NCBI GenBank assembly: GCA_002269645.1
Contig: NIVC01002730.1
Coordinates: 1-48,347 of the forward strand
Length of the DNA stretch: 48,347 bases
From: Macrostomum lignano
Lineage: Eukaryota
Direction: 5' to 3'
Shown here: piece after piece, positions 24,935 to 38,700 of the stretch
Layout: every line of letters starts with the position of its first letter
Position numbering within the stretch: position 1 is the first letter of the stretch
Made by a program: the position numbers and the translations under genes
The notes under the pieces: model-generated
Told to the model about the DNA's origin: nothing
What the model saw: the letters and a program-made list of their open reading frames with translations, nothing else
The model's database searches: none

Positions 24935-25985
24935 CATCATGGCGGGATATTTTGTGAGCTATTTCATATAAAGGAGTTACAAAACTGCAAGAAATTTTTC
25001 CTTTTTTGACAGTAAAAGTAAAACACAACAGGCCGACACAAAAAGCAAGATTCAATTTAATTTAAATCTGCTTGAATTCGTCGGTTAAAGTCGAGCAGGT
25101 GGCAAGGCAGTGAATATATAATTAATTAATTAATTAATTCTTTGCTTGAAACATTACGCAGTAGTACACAAGTCAGTGAACTGTCACCGATTCAGAGAAC
25201 TATAATATCATCGATGATCCTCATTAATAACAGTTTAAACACAGCATAATGAATTCAAAGCAAATTTATAGTGATTATGTATAATAAATAGTAAATATAT
25301 AAACATAAATATTCAATATACTTCAGCTGACAGACTATAACAAAACTAATTATATAATCACATGGAACTTTCGCTTTATTTGAGATTCAAAATTTATTTT
25401 AAAAAACACAACGAACAGACAAACAGCAAAACAGCAAGGTTGAGGAAAATTTGATAAAATGAATAATTATTATATGATAATATTAATAAATATGGTTATG
25501 ACTAGAGATGCTGGGAGGTTAAGCTTGTTCAGTTAATCAGTAAACAGTTATCTAACTAACCCTAAAGAACCAAACAAGTTATGAATGGTGGTATATGGAA
25601 GAACTACGGTTACGATAATTACTAGAGATAAATGACAAATGGCGTTCGGTGCGCAGGAAAGTCTGGGTTCTCTATATTTCTATAGAGTTTGCCACAGCGC
25701 AAACCGTAGCGCGAATCCAGCAGTCAAATCAAAGGAATGGCTGGTCCGCGCTCTTGGTCTGGTTTGCAGCTTGGAAACAAAAAGACACAAATTCTCCAGA
25801 CATACTACTGCAGAGAAACGTATTTCAGTAAGTAGCAAATGACAGATTTGGTTTGTTAAACTTAGCTGTGCACATGCATAGATTTTAATACTAGAGTAAA
25901 AGAGCTGAACACACATGCAATAGACAACAACGTGAATAAAATATAGAAATAATAGAACGGATTTTTGTTTCCTTTAGCGCGCAAA

Positions 25986-26628
25986 CTGAGCTGGTCTCTA
26001 AGCGCGCAGATATCCCAACTCTGAACTGAGCTGCTCTCTAAGCGCGCAGATATCCCAACTCTGAACTGAGCTGCTCTCTAAGCGCGCAGATATCCCAACT
26101 CTGAACTGCGCTGCTCTCTAAGCGCGCAGATATCCCAACTCTGAATTGAGCTGGTCTCTAAGCGCGCAGATATCCCAACTCTGAACTGCGCTCGTCTCTA
26201 AGCGCGCAGATATCCCAACTCTGAACTGCGCTGCTCTCTAAGCGCGCAGATATCCCAACTCTGAACTGCGCTGCTCTCTAAGCGCGCAGATATCCCAACT
26301 CTGAATTGAGCTGGTCTCTAAGCGCGCAGATATCCCAACTCTGAACTGAGCTGCTCTCTAAGCGCGCAGATATCCCAACTTTGAACTGAGCTGCTCTTTA
26401 AGCGCGCAGATATCCCAACTCTGAACTGAGCTGCTCTCTAAGCGCGCAGATATCCCAACTCTGAATTGAGCTGGTCTCTAAGCGCGCAGATATCCCAACT
26501 CTGAATTGAGCTGGTCTCTAAGCGCGCAGATATCCCAACTCTGAACTGCGCTGCTCTCTAAGCGCGCAGATATCCCAACTCTGAACTGCGCTGCTCTCTA
26601 AGCGCGCAAATATCCCAACTCTGAATTG
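25986..26628. repeat. Minisatellite, 40-bp unit CTGAACTGAGCTGCTCTCTAAGCGCGCAGATATCCCAACT
   Basis: about 16 near-identical units, no unique spacers. Confidence 0.95.
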
Positions 26629-26695
26629 AAAACTTCGAACACATCATATTCAAAAACATCTGTGAACTACAAAGCAGAGCCTGCAATAGCCTCAC

Positions 26696-27284
26696 TCAGC
26701 GCTTCCCAGTGCCGGGCTGCTGCTGTTTGCTAGACGAAGACGAGCCCGGGCGCCTCATCAGGCCAGACAGGGTGGACCGAAGGCCGCCGCCGGAGCCGCC
26801 AGAGCTGGCAGATTTGGTTTTAACGCCAGCAGCAGTGGATGAGGCCGTTGACGAGACCGAGCTGCCAATAGAGACGCTTGACGAGGCGGTGGCGGAATCG
26901 GCCGAGCTGGTAGGCCGGGGCAGCCGGCTCTGCACCCGGGGCGGCGGGGCCGGGGCCGCCGGTCTCTGATGCTGCGGAGGCGGCGGCGGCGGCGGCGGCG
27001 GCTGCTGAGTTTTGATGTCGTGCCGGGCCTTCAATGGCTGCTGGCCGGCCGGCTTACTGCGGGAATTGTTCTGGCCGGCCGCGGTCACAGATGAGGAGGC
27101 CGAGACGGCCAGTTCGATGCCGAAAGAGTGCGAGTTGAGCAGCTCGAGGGAGGTGGACAGATCGGCAAACAGCTCGCAGTGGACGGTCTGGGCGCTGCGC
27201 AGGAAGGCGCCCGGTTTGTAGTAGCGCTTCAGAATGGACTCGCTGCTGGCGGCGTGGTGGAACCAGGCGCTGAGCTGCTTGGAG
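26696..27284 (-). CDS. RUN-domain (RUSC1/2-like) gene, exon with the RUN C-terminal part and a Pro/Ser-rich tail
   Basis: gtgcag acceptor; continues (N)SKQLSAWFHHAASSESILKRYYKPGAFL...DLSTSLELLNSHSFGIEL, matching RUN motifs; TGA at 26696-26698. Confidence 0.8.
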
Positions 27285-27379
27285 CTGCACGGCGGGGCGG
27301 GGCGAGTGGCTTAGCAAGCTGCTGGGAATCTTATTACTGAAGATCTAACTGCTTTGGAACTGAAGCAGAAAGAAGGCAG

Positions 27380-27962
<583 letters not shown>

Positions 27963-27998
27963 ACCCACTAATACAGAACAAATTCCCCCAGAGCTCAC

Positions 27999-28528
27999 TT
28001 GAGGCAGGCGGCTACAAAGGCGTTGAACTTCAGCCGCTCCGTAGACAGTCCGCCTACCGAGCGGACCTGCCGCAGCACCTCGTTGAGCCGTCGGCTGGCG
28101 GGCTGTCCGCTCGGCTTGCAAGTCTCCTCAATCAGCTGCCACAGCTGGGATCTGCTGCGACCAAAGGACAGCCGGCTGCCCGGGCCGCTGCCGCCGCTGC
28201 CGCCAGAAGACAGCAGCTCGTCGGTCAGCAGGCCGTGCAGCGGCGGGCAGAGGCTCTGCGACAGCACGCTGGACAGCCGCTGCTGGTTGGAGGCGTCGGC
28301 CGTGCCGGCAGCCAGCGGGGAGGCGGTGGCAGCCAGGATCAGGTCGTTGACGCCGCGGATAGCGTCGGACACGAGCTGGCTGAGGCGGTCCAGCCGAGAC
28401 TGCCGCTGCTGCTGGCTGGCGGCGGCGGTGGACTCCGCAGTGCGCCTGGGCGAGCCGACTGGAGAGCCGCAGAACACCAGCGGCGGACTGTCGTTGTCGC
28501 CGTAGAGGCCAACCTGCTGCGGGATGAC
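27999..28528 (-). CDS. RUN-domain (RUSC1/2-like) gene, exon with the RUN core
   Basis: cggcag acceptor, gtgagc donor; LCPPLHGLLTDEL...LWQLIEE...LKFNAFVAACL resembles RUSC LCPALHALVADGL...FHAFILGLLN; phase 2 joins the next exon. Confidence 0.85.
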
Positions 28529-28639
28529 CTGCCGGGCCAACAGCGGATATTTAATTTGTATATACTACTTAGTTACTTAGGGGCTACAAAATTTATTGTA
28601 ATATATAATAATTGATTACACCTGCTCTAAGCAGATGTA

Positions 28640-28900
28640 CAATCGACAGCTCAGCCGCAGCTATTGCGAGCGCATCTGAAGGCTGCGTACGGCTGTTCAG
28701 TCCAAGGACTGGGGGGAGGGTCAACACACACCCTCAATTACCCCAGCTAATGCTGGAACCCATTTTACAGCTGGGTGAACTGAAACAATTCAGAGTTGAG
28801 CGTCTTACTCAAGAACACAAATTGTTCCGAGTGGGGTCGAGAATCGAACCCCCGACCTTCCAGTCGCGATTCCGACGTTCTAACCACTAGGCTACTACAC
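28640..28900 (-). mobile_element. tRNA-derived SINE with a CORE-like central domain
   Basis: A box TAGCCTAGTGG (28884-28894), B box GGTTCGATTCT (28840-28850), then TGTGTTCTTGAGTAAGACGCTCAACTC...CAGTTCACCCAGCTGTAAAATGGG. Confidence 0.75.
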
Positions 28901-29043
28901 TAAATGGTTAGGGGCTACCATCGCCCCTTAAACATAGCCTGCTGCGATAGGATGGGAGTTTTAAAGTCCCAAAGTCCAAAGCTTCTGGTTGTTGCCGATA
29001 TGTAGCGTAAATGACTTAATACTAGCGCAATACATTTGCTTAC

Positions 29044-29669
29044 CTGTACATCGTAGTTCAATTGCAAACTGAGCGGCCGGCGCAGCAGAGTCTGCTGACG
29101 GTGCGGCGAGTCGCCAGACGGCAGGACGGCGGCGGCGGCGCCTAAATCCACCGTGGACCCGACGCCGCCGCGCCAGATCTGACCGGCAGCAGCCGAGCCT
29201 GCAGTCGGGCTGGCAGCGGCCTGGCCTTTCGGACTATGGAACTGGATCCGGTCGCAGAAGGACACCGACTTCTTGGCGCGGAAGCCGCCGCCGCCGCCGC
29301 CGTCGTCGCTGTCGTCGGGTAGTCGCGCCTTGCCGACGAGGAAGCCGCCTGCGGCGTGGTTGAACGATGAGGCGTCGCGGCAGCCGCCGCTGAGGACTCC
29401 TCCTCCTGCGAGTCTGTCAGGCTCTGCGTCATATCGTAGCCGACGCCGCTTCCAGATGCGCCGGCGCCGCTGCCGCTGTTGGCTGCGGTGCCACCAGCAG
29501 CGGTGGCGGAGCTGACGGAGCAGAGCCGGTGCGGCTCGCTGAGCGTCCGTTTGGCGCCGCTGCCGCCGAGGCCGCCGCGCTGCTTCCTGGACGAGTCGGT
29601 GGCGCGGGCAACGCGACGACGAGCGGCGCGTCGAAGACGCTCGGCCGATTTGGATTCGGCCGCTTCCGC
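29044..29669 (-). CDS. RUN gene internal exon carrying an apparent 1-nt deletion near 29393
   Basis: ctcccag acceptor, gtaagc donor; both ends phase 0 but length is 626 nt; codon-biased frame changes near GAGGAGTCCTC/AGCGGC. Confidence 0.7.
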
Positions 29670-29711
29670 CTGGGAGACGGCAAGTGATGGAATAGAATTA
29701 GAACTCGCGTT

Positions 29712-30143
29712 TCCCATATACACAAAATATCCCATATACACAAAATATCCCATATACACAACATATCCCATATACACAAAATATCCCATATACACAAAAT
29801 ATCCCATATACACAACATATCCCATATGCACAAAATATCCCATACACACAAAAATATCCCATACACACAAAATATCCCATATACACAAAATATCACATAT
29901 GCACAAAATATCCCATATACACAAAATATCACATATGCACAAAATATCCCATATACACAACATATTCCATATACACAACAGACGTATTTGTGTATCCCAT
30001 ATACACAAAATATCCCATATGCACAAAATATCCCATATACACAAAATGTCCCATATACACAAAATATCCCATATACACAAAATGTCCCATTTACACAAAA
30101 TATCCCATACAAACAACGCAAACAATATGGAAATCTCCCATAT
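29712..30143. repeat. Intronic minisatellite, 18-bp ATATCCCATATACACAAA
   Basis: tandem units between the donor at 30157 and the acceptor at 29670. Confidence 0.95.
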
Positions 30144-30157
30144 TCTAAATTACTTAC

Positions 30158-31000
30158 CTCATCAGCGGCGGCCGCGGCAGCAGCAGCCGCAGAGGCGGCT
30201 GTTGTATCCAAGGACTGCGATCGCTTCTGCTTGCCACCGGCAAGTCGCCGAGCCAGCTGCTGCTGATGCTGCGGATGGCCGCAGTTTCGACACACAAAAT
30301 TCGACGCCGCCGAAGCCGAGACGCTGCCGTCACCGACTGCCGTCCCGATGCCGGAGTCGCCGGCAGCGTCGGCCGTTGTTGTCGCCGACGAAGCTGAGGC
30401 GGCGGCGGCGGCAGCAACGACAGACGACGGATCTCCAAGCGGCAGGGAATCGCGCAGGAAAGCCAGACTGGGCAGCTGCTGCTGCTGCTGAGCGGCGATG
30501 TACCGCCTGCCGTGCTGAAGATCCGAGTGGCTGCGGCCGACTCCGACGGGCCGGCCGGCTGTTCGTCGAGCTGCCGACCCCGCCGCCGCCGCAGACGCCG
30601 GGAACTGCTGCTGCTGGTCGACCAGCTCTCGGGCTCGGCGACGAAATTCGCGAAATCCCGGGCCGCCACCGTGTAGGAAGCGGAGAGTGGACTCGGGCTG
30701 CGGCTGCTGCTGCTGCTGGGGCGCTGGCTCAGGCGGCGCACCCGATGGCGAAGCGGATGCAGGCGTGTTGGTGGCTCGTTTGAATAGCTCCAGCAGGGTG
30801 CCTGAGTACCTGTTCTGCTGCTGCTGCTGGCGCACCTGCTGCTGCTGCTGGCGCACCTGCTGCTGCTGTTCGGGTGTCAATTGCTGCTGAAGCCGTTGCT
30901 GCTGTTGTTGCTGCTGCTGTTGTTGGGGTTGCTGCTGCTGCTTGCGCCAGGCAACAGCGTTCTGCTGAGCTGTGCTGGAGGACATCTCGTGACGGGACTT
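30158..31000 (-). CDS. RUN gene internal exon, poly-Q/poly-A rich (281 aa)
   Basis: tttatag acceptor, gtaagt donor, phase 0/0, open frame KSRHEMSSSTAQQ...AAADE. Confidence 0.8.
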
Positions 31001-31047
31001 CTATAAATTGGCAAATGTCAAGACAGTAAAATAATCCACTGTTAAAA

Positions 31048-31680
31048 AATATCCCATCCTCACAAATATCCTATTCTCAGAAATATCCCATCCTCACAAA
31101 TACATGTATCCCATTTTCAGAAATATCCACCCTTAGAAATATCCCACCCTCAGAAATATCCCATCCTCATAAATACACCACCCTCATAAATATCCCATCC
31201 TCACAAATATCCCATCTTCGTAAATATCCTTTTTTCATAAATATCCCATCCTCACAAATATCCCATCTTCGTAAATATCCTATTTCCATAAATATCCCAT
31301 CTTCATAAATATCCCATCTTTATAAATCTTCCATCCTCATAAATATCCCATCCTCACAAATATCTTATCCTCACGAATATCCCATCTTCGTAAATATCCC
31401 ATCTTTTAAATCTTCCATCCTCATAAATATCCCATCCTCACGAATATCCCATCTTCGTAAATATCCTATTTTCCATAAATATCCCATCTTCATAAATATC
31501 CTATTTCCATAAATATCCCATCTTCATAAATATCCCATCTTTATAAATCTTCCATCCTCATAAATATCCCATCCTCACAAATATCCTATCCTCACGAATA
31601 TCCCATCTTCGTAAATATCCTATTTTCATAAATATCCTATTTTCACAAATATCCATTCTTTATAAATTTTCCATCCTCAT
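31048..31680. repeat. Intronic minisatellite, about 18-bp AAATATCCCATCCTCAT/CAC
   Basis: degenerate tandem units. Confidence 0.92.
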
Positions 31681-31784
31681 AATTAGCCAATCGTTAATAT
31701 TTTATTTCCATTACTATATAATAAACAAAGACATCCTGAAACCATAAATAAATATCTAATTCTGACAAGCATCCCCAATCGCAC

Positions 31785-32647
31785 CTGATCGCTATCCAGC
31801 GGCCTAGCATCGCGCACAATTCTATTCAACTCTTTCCAAGACACCAGATGGCCGCCGCCGGCAGATTTCAATTGGCGCCAGGCGCTGTCGCCGCCGCTGC
31901 CAGCAGATCCGGCGCTAGTAGGCGGCGGCGGCGCCCCGGGGGCGTTGTTGTTGCCATTGGCAACGCCGGGGGAAGCGGCGGCGGAGACGTCTTTAATAGA
32001 CGAAGTTCGAACCGCGGACCAAGTAGTCATGGGAGGCCTGCCGGAGCCAGCGGAGGTGGCGGCAGCGGCCGGTAGCCGACTGTCATCAGCGGTGGCATCG
32101 TCGCTGGCCTCCAAATCGCTGGTACTGACGAATCGCTTGTTAGACTTGGCCAGCGCCATCCAGGTGTTCATATTGCTGCCGGCCGATGCGCCGCTCATAG
32201 CAACGGAAGCGTCCATGCCAACCACTACTTGATAGTTAGGACTGGCGCTTTTCCCCAATATCTGTTTAACATTAGCTGACGATTGACTAACACTAGTTGT
32301 CATGCCAGCTACACTGTTGCCTAGCAACAGAGAGCCAGCGCCGGCTCCCCCGACGCCGGCGTCCGTTCTCGCGGAGTCCTCCGGTTCGAATAGCGGGTTG
32401 CCAACTCCGGCCTCTTCGGCGTCTGCGGCAGCAGCAGCCGCTGCGGCTAAACACGAATCGCTGCGCGACATCTGCTCGGATAGAGACGAATTGGCCAGAC
32501 AGGCGGCGGCTGCTGCGGCTGCGGCCGACGAGAACTGGCTGGTGGCCCGGACGGGGTCCAGATGGGCCAGCTCCAGCTGGGCGAACAGGTCCAAGTTGGA
32601 CACGGCCGAGTCCAGGCCGGAGTGGACGGCGCGCCCTCCTGAGTGGT
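31785..32647 (-). CDS. RUN gene internal exon, Ala/Ser/Gly rich
   Basis: catcgcag acceptor (phase 1), gtgcga donor after DSDQ (phase 0), open frame with GC-rich codon bias. Confidence 0.78.
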
Positions 32648-32689
32648 CTGCGATGAAGAGAAATCGAAGAGATGTTCGTTCTCAAACTC

Positions 32690-34420
32690 ATTTCCTGAGT
32701 TTACCCGAATCTCGTTCTCCAATTTCCCTGTATCTCATTCTCTAAATTCCCTGAATCTCATTCTCTAAATTCCCTGTATCTCATTCTCTAAATTCCCTGA
32801 ATCTCATTCTCTAAATTCCCTGAATCTCATTCTCTAAATTCCCTGAATCTCATTCTCTAAATTCCCTGAATCTCATTCTCTAAATTCCCTGAATCTCATT
32901 CTCTAAATTCCCTGAATCTCATTCTCTAAACAATCTCATTCTGAATATCATTCCTTAATCCTTAACTTTCCTGAATCTCAATCCTTGTTTGAATCTCAAT
33001 CCTTGTTTGAATCTCAATCCTTTTCTGAATCTTTTCTGAATCTCAATCAGTTTCTGAATCTCAATCCGTTTCTGAATCTCGATCCTTTTCTGAATCTCAA
33101 TCCGTTTCTGAATCTCAATCCGTTTCTGAATCTCAATCCGTTTCTGAATCTCAATCCTTTTCTGAATCTCAATCCTTTCCTGAATCTTATTCCTTAATCT
33201 CACTGAATCTCATTCCTTAATATCCCTGAATCTCATTCCTTTATTACCCTGAATCTCATTCTCTAAATTCCCTGAATCTCATTCCTCAATCTCCCTGAAT
33301 GTCATTCTCTAAATTCCCTGAATCTCATTCCTTAATCTCCCTGAATCTCATTCTCTAAACTTCCCGAATCTCATTCTCTAATCTCCCTGAATCTCATTCT
33401 CTAAACTTCCCGAATCTCATTCTCTAATCTCCCTGAATCTCATTCTCTAAACTCCCTGAATCACATTCCTTAATCCTTAACTTTCCTGAATCTCAATCTT
33501 TGTTTGAATCTCAATCCTTATCTGAATCTCAATCCTTTCCTGAATCTTATTTCTTAATCTCCCCGAATCTCATTCCTTAACTTTCCTGAATCTCATTCCT
33601 TCATTTCCCCGAATCTTATTTCTTCATTTCCCTGAATCTCATTCCTTAATCCTTAACTTTCCTGAATCTCATTCCTTCATTTCCCTGAATCTCATTCCTT
33701 AATTCTCAACTTTCCTGAATCTCAATCCTTAACTTTCCTGAGTCTCATTTCTTCATTTCCCTCAATCTCATTCCTTCATTTCCCTGAATCTCATTCCTTC
33801 ATTTCTCTTAATCTCATTCCATCATTTCCCTTAATCTCATTCCTTCATTTCCCTGAATCTCATTTCTTCATTTCCCTCAATCTCATTCCTTCATTTCCCT
33901 GAATCTCATTCCTTCATTTCCCTTAATCTCATTCCTTCATTTCCCTGAATCTCATTTCTTCATTTCCCTGAATCTCATTCCTTCATTTCCCTGAATCTCA
34001 TTCCTTCATTTCTCTTAATCTCATTCCATCATTTCCCTGAATCTCATTCCTTCATTTCTCTTAATCTCATTCCTCATTTCCCTGAATCTCATTCGTTCAT
34101 TCCCTTAATCTCATTCCTCATTTCCCTTAATCTCATTCGTTCATCTCCCTTAATCTCATTCCATCATTTCCCCGAATCTCATTCTTTTCCCTGAATCTCA
34201 TTCCTTTCCCCGAATCTCATTCCTTTTTTCCTGAATCTCAATCCTTAACTTTCCTGAATCTCAATCCTTCATTTCCCCGAATCTCATTCCTTTTTCCTGA
34301 ATCTCAATCCTTAACTTTCCTGAATCTTATTCCTTTATTTCCCTGAATCTCATTCCTTAATGCTTAACTTTCCTGAATCTCATTCCCTGACTTCCCTGCA
34401 ATCCCATATCTCATTCCCTG
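32690..34420. repeat. Intronic minisatellite family around CTGAATCTCATTCC (18-22 bp sub-arrays)
   Basis: several drifting tandem variants. Confidence 0.92.
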
Positions 34421-34428
34421 CTACTCAC

Positions 34429-34567
34429 AGGACAAAGGCTCGAACGGCTGCAGGAAGTCTTCATCATAAGCCAGATCCTGGGCCGTAGATTCGGCCATCT
34501 CGTGCGGATAACTAACAGAGCGAGGCAGGGCTCCGCTGCTCACCGCCGGGTAGGCGCTCTCGCACAG
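34429..34567 (-). CDS. Most 5' recognisable exon of the RUN gene (LCESAYP...PRSVSYPHEMAESTAQDL...); start codon may be ATG at 34498
   Basis: ttgtgcag acceptor, gtgagt donor, phase 1 joins exon 32647; no further upstream exon found. Confidence 0.6.
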
Positions 34568-34919
34568 CTGCACAAGCGTGGGAGATAAGCGCTTTATATC
34601 ATTTGGTTTCGCATAATTAATTCAAGTTAAACAAATTAGACTAACTAGATCGGTTAAATGAAATTGCAATGAAAATTTAAGCACAGCTCTTTTAGAGATT
34701 TTAAATAATATCATTAAGCATGACTAATTAAAGTTAAATCAGTCAAATAATCGCTGAGTTCAATTCACAAAACGTTATTTATAAAGTGTGGTTAAACACT
34801 CACTTCGTAAACTGATAACTTACTTTGAAAGCTTTAAGGTAACTTAAATTTACTAATTAAATCAGGACAGACTCTAAAATAAAGATAATACCAAAACAAG
34901 TCAATGCAATCGTATAGTT

Positions 34920-34975
34920 CAGGGGTCGGCAAACTCCGGCCCGAAAAGCCTATCTATCTAGCCCTTGGTCTCTGA
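34920..34975 (+). mobile_element. Possible hAT-type terminal fragment
   Basis: CAGGGGTCGGCAAACTCCGGCCC resembles Charlie/MER58-like hAT termini; no partner TIR seen. Confidence 0.35.
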
Positions 34976-35019
34976 AACTTTACAATAGCAATCCGGTCCG
35001 CTCAAGGCTTGTGTCTTCA

Positions 35020-35720
35020 GCTCTTTCTCTCTTCTCTCCTCTCTCCACTCTTCTCTACCTCTCCTCTCTCCCCTCTTCTCTACCTCTCCTCTCTCCCCTC
35101 TTCTCTACCTCTCCTCTCTCCCCTCTTCTCTACCTCTCCTCTCTCCACTCTTCTCTACCTCTCCTCTCTCCACTCTTCTCTACCTCTCCTCTACCTCTCC
35201 TCTCTCCCCTCTTCTCTACCTCTCCTCTCTCCCTCTTCTCTACCTCTCCTCTCTCCACTCTTCTCTACCTCTCCCTCTCCCCTCTCTCCACTCTTCTCTA
35301 CCTCTCCCTCTCTCTCTCCACTCTTCTCTACCTCTCCTCTCTCCACTCTTCTCTACCTCTCCTCTCTCCACTCTTCTCTACCTCTCCTCTTCTCTACCTC
35401 TCCTCTCTCCACTCTTCTCTACCTCTCCTCTCTCCACTCTTCTCTACCTCTCGTCTCTCCACTACCTCTCGTCTCTCCACTCTTCTCTACCTTTCCTCTC
35501 TCCCCTCTTCTCTACCTCTCCTCTCTCCACTCTTCTCTACCTCTCCTCTCTCCACTCTTCTCTACCTCTCCTGTCTCCACTCTTCTCTACCTCTCGTCTC
35601 TCCACTCTTCTCTCCCTCTTCTCTACCTTTTTTCTCCTCCTTCTCTACCTCTCCTCTCTCCTCTCTCTCGTCTTATCTTATCTTATCTCTTCTCTCATCC
35701 CATCTCTCGCCTCGCCTTGC
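35020..35720. repeat. Polypyrimidine minisatellite (CTCTCCACTCTTCTCTACCTCTC-type, about 24 bp)
   Basis: tandem units. Confidence 0.92.
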
Positions 35721-35760
35721 CTCTCCTTTCTCACTCTATTCCCTTTTTTCCACTCCCAGC

Positions 35761-38700
35761 TGGTCCAAGGTATAGAGATAAACAAACAATAGAAAATTTA
35801 TTCAATAAACAATGACCTGCACTAAATCTATGATTCGAATGGCAACATTTGCCAATAGCAACTCACCCGTCCAATCAGCAGCATATTTTTATCCATTGTG
35901 CATTGATTTTGTTAGAAAGACAGCCAGTAGCTACTCAACCATTGCAACTCATGAAAAAATTAACAAGTCAAAAATTAACTGTAATTTGTTTATTTTGTAA
36001 TTGTTTTATTTTGTATGAGTCAATTAAAGAATTCTTTACTAAAAATTAGGCCAAAAAACTAATAATTGTAGTTATCATATTAGTATACGGAATTTATTGT
36101 TATTATCCCCTACTGATTTCATCTTACCAAGAGTCTTATCAACCAGTTTGTATTAGAGTAATATACTTCCTTAGTCACAGTTTAAAAAACTAAATGATTT
36201 GGTTGCCTTAGTTCTAAATCACTAAATATAATTAGAAATATATAAGATCTAAGCTAAGATTCATTCTGCTTGTAGCACCTGCCTTTATCATATATAATAT
36301 ATTGTGCCTCTTCCCCTAAAGTATGGGGTATTAAGTGTTAGGGTCTAGCCTACAATGTTATGAAATGAGTGCTAGAAGGATCAAAGTTATTTTTAGACTT
36401 TTATGGGTTTATGGATATTTGAGCCAACTTAAAAATAAGAATACATACAAATATGCAAATATATAAAAGTTAGGCTTAACATAATTATACTCAGTTTCTT
36501 TTTTACTTATTGAGTAATTACTTAATAAGTTTTTATATAGTTATAACTTGAACATTTCTTATTTAAGTATTTTTAACATGTTTACCTGCTTCTTTTTAAT
36601 GCCTAAAATAGAAGTTAGAATCAAATGCACTAAATAATAAAATAACCTAGTTTATTTAATGTTTTATAACAATTTACTTTAGCCAATTAAAGTAGCTTTC
36701 ATTTTGTTAAACCAATATATTTGTTCTTTAATTTTAGTCTTTAGCTTAATTGAAATTTAGTAAGCTTTACACAAAGACCATTCAAAGCAATGTATAAAGA
36801 ATGTTCAGTAAAAAAAGTAATAAAGTCTTTATGATTATAGTTTAATAATAAAAATATAAATGCAATAATCCAAATATATACAAAAACATATAAATTAGCT
36901 TTTATTTGTATTTTTACCTATGGGCTTATTAGGACTTCTTAATATACATTCATGCTTTATAAGTATATCAATCATAAAAATAAAAAATATTTACATTTTC
37001 ATAGTTTGGAATAGTCAGTAAGTACCCTGGAAAAAATGATTACATTTTTAATGTATACCAATATATGCCAAATATAGGCCCCTATTATCTTATACAAAGC
37101 TTCAAATCATCAATTTTGTAATAGTACTAATGATTTTGATATTTCATTTCAATTAAAAAAGTTCAAAACAATAAACAATAAACACTGTTGGACACCTGTC
37201 TATTAATAAGCATCAATCCATTATTAAGTGTTAATTTTAAGTATTTCAAGCATTAAGATTTCTTATTAATGTTAATAGACTACCATTAAGATTTTTTTGC
37301 ACTAAGGGATTAATGAATTTGCAATAATAATTTTGTGAGTTAATGACACATTCATTGTTAACATTAATGACAGTGTCAATGACCAAAGATACAAAGAACA
37401 AGAATATATGTCTGATAAGTGAAAACATTACAAATTAACAGATTAATACTTATTAATAATTATCAGTTAACTTTCAATTAACTTAACAAAATTAAGAGTT
37501 AATAAGTTAAGATTCTTTTGTTTTTACATTAAATGCTTTTGCCATTAATGGAAAATAAGATTTTCATTAATAGTTCCCAACACTGACAATAATTATATTT
37601 GTATACAGTTTTGATAATCTTCTCGAATCCTTCACTAAACTATTTTTTCAATGTTTTTTTATATTTTTTCCACTTGAAAAGCTGATTTTAGCATGTTTGG
37701 ATATCTTCTAAGCTATTAAAACAGTAAAATTAAGAACTTTGTTTTTTGCAATTTTCTAATTCTAGCAATACTTAATGATTCCTAGCAATTCATAGTTTTG
37801 AAGTTTCTTATTTTAGATTGGTACAAAAGTGCAAGAAACAATAAAACAATTTATCAGAAACAATGAAACAATAAGTGTCAAGACTCTTGTCAAAACTCAA
37901 ATAATGGGCAATCCAATATATTATGTGGCCAAAAACATTGATGGGATAATGTGCTAATTCTTAAGAAGTCAATAGGTTGCTAGCCATTTGCTGGGTGTCC
38001 CATGTCAGCCTAGCCAACTTTGCCACCATTGACATGTTTCTTTCCTTAGTCAGCTTGATAGTAATATGTAGCGAGTTTGGATTTACAGTAAATGATAGTT
38101 CTGCAAGGTAGCCTACTAGCATGGTGATGATCAACTTAATGGTTAATAGTCTTAATAAGAACCTAGTAGCAAGAACATAAGTCTAAATGTATTTCTCCTC
38201 TCTCTAACTCATCCCTTTGGGCTTTGGACCATAGACACTCCCAAGCATTAATGCTATATTAGACAATGTGATTGCCACATTTTTGCACTAATCTAAAAGC
38301 ACAAAAACTTTAAAACTTCTAATTGTTTAAGAATTATTAGGAATTGTAAAAATGAAAAGTGCTAAAAACAAAGTTATTAATTTTACATTGAAAAAATAGT
38401 TCAATGTTCAATTTGAAAAGAATGCAATAGTTTTATATAAAATATAAACAATATAAAACAAAAACAAAATTTGAGCATTTTTGTTAAAATTTCTAATCCT
38501 TAGGCAATATAATTCTTTTTTATTTAAAATTTGATATATAAAGTTTAGAGATTTGTCTTAGGCTAGTTTTTAAGTAAGTCATAATAAAACTAACTTGTAT
38601 TTTCATTTAAAAATAACTCACTTTTTCATGTTTTCTATATTTTGAGCATAAAATTTATTTATAGGGGGCCTATCAATATACAAATTACAATTATTATAAA

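Noticed and set aside
18250-26628. CRISPR-like arrays (49/50-bp and 40-bp repeats)
   Set aside because: Head-to-tail units with no unique spacers, no cas genes, eukaryotic context
29429-30985. Single 518-aa ORF with YGIFCV repeats
   Set aside because: Reads through a GT-AG intron (30157-29670) filled by an 18-bp minisatellite
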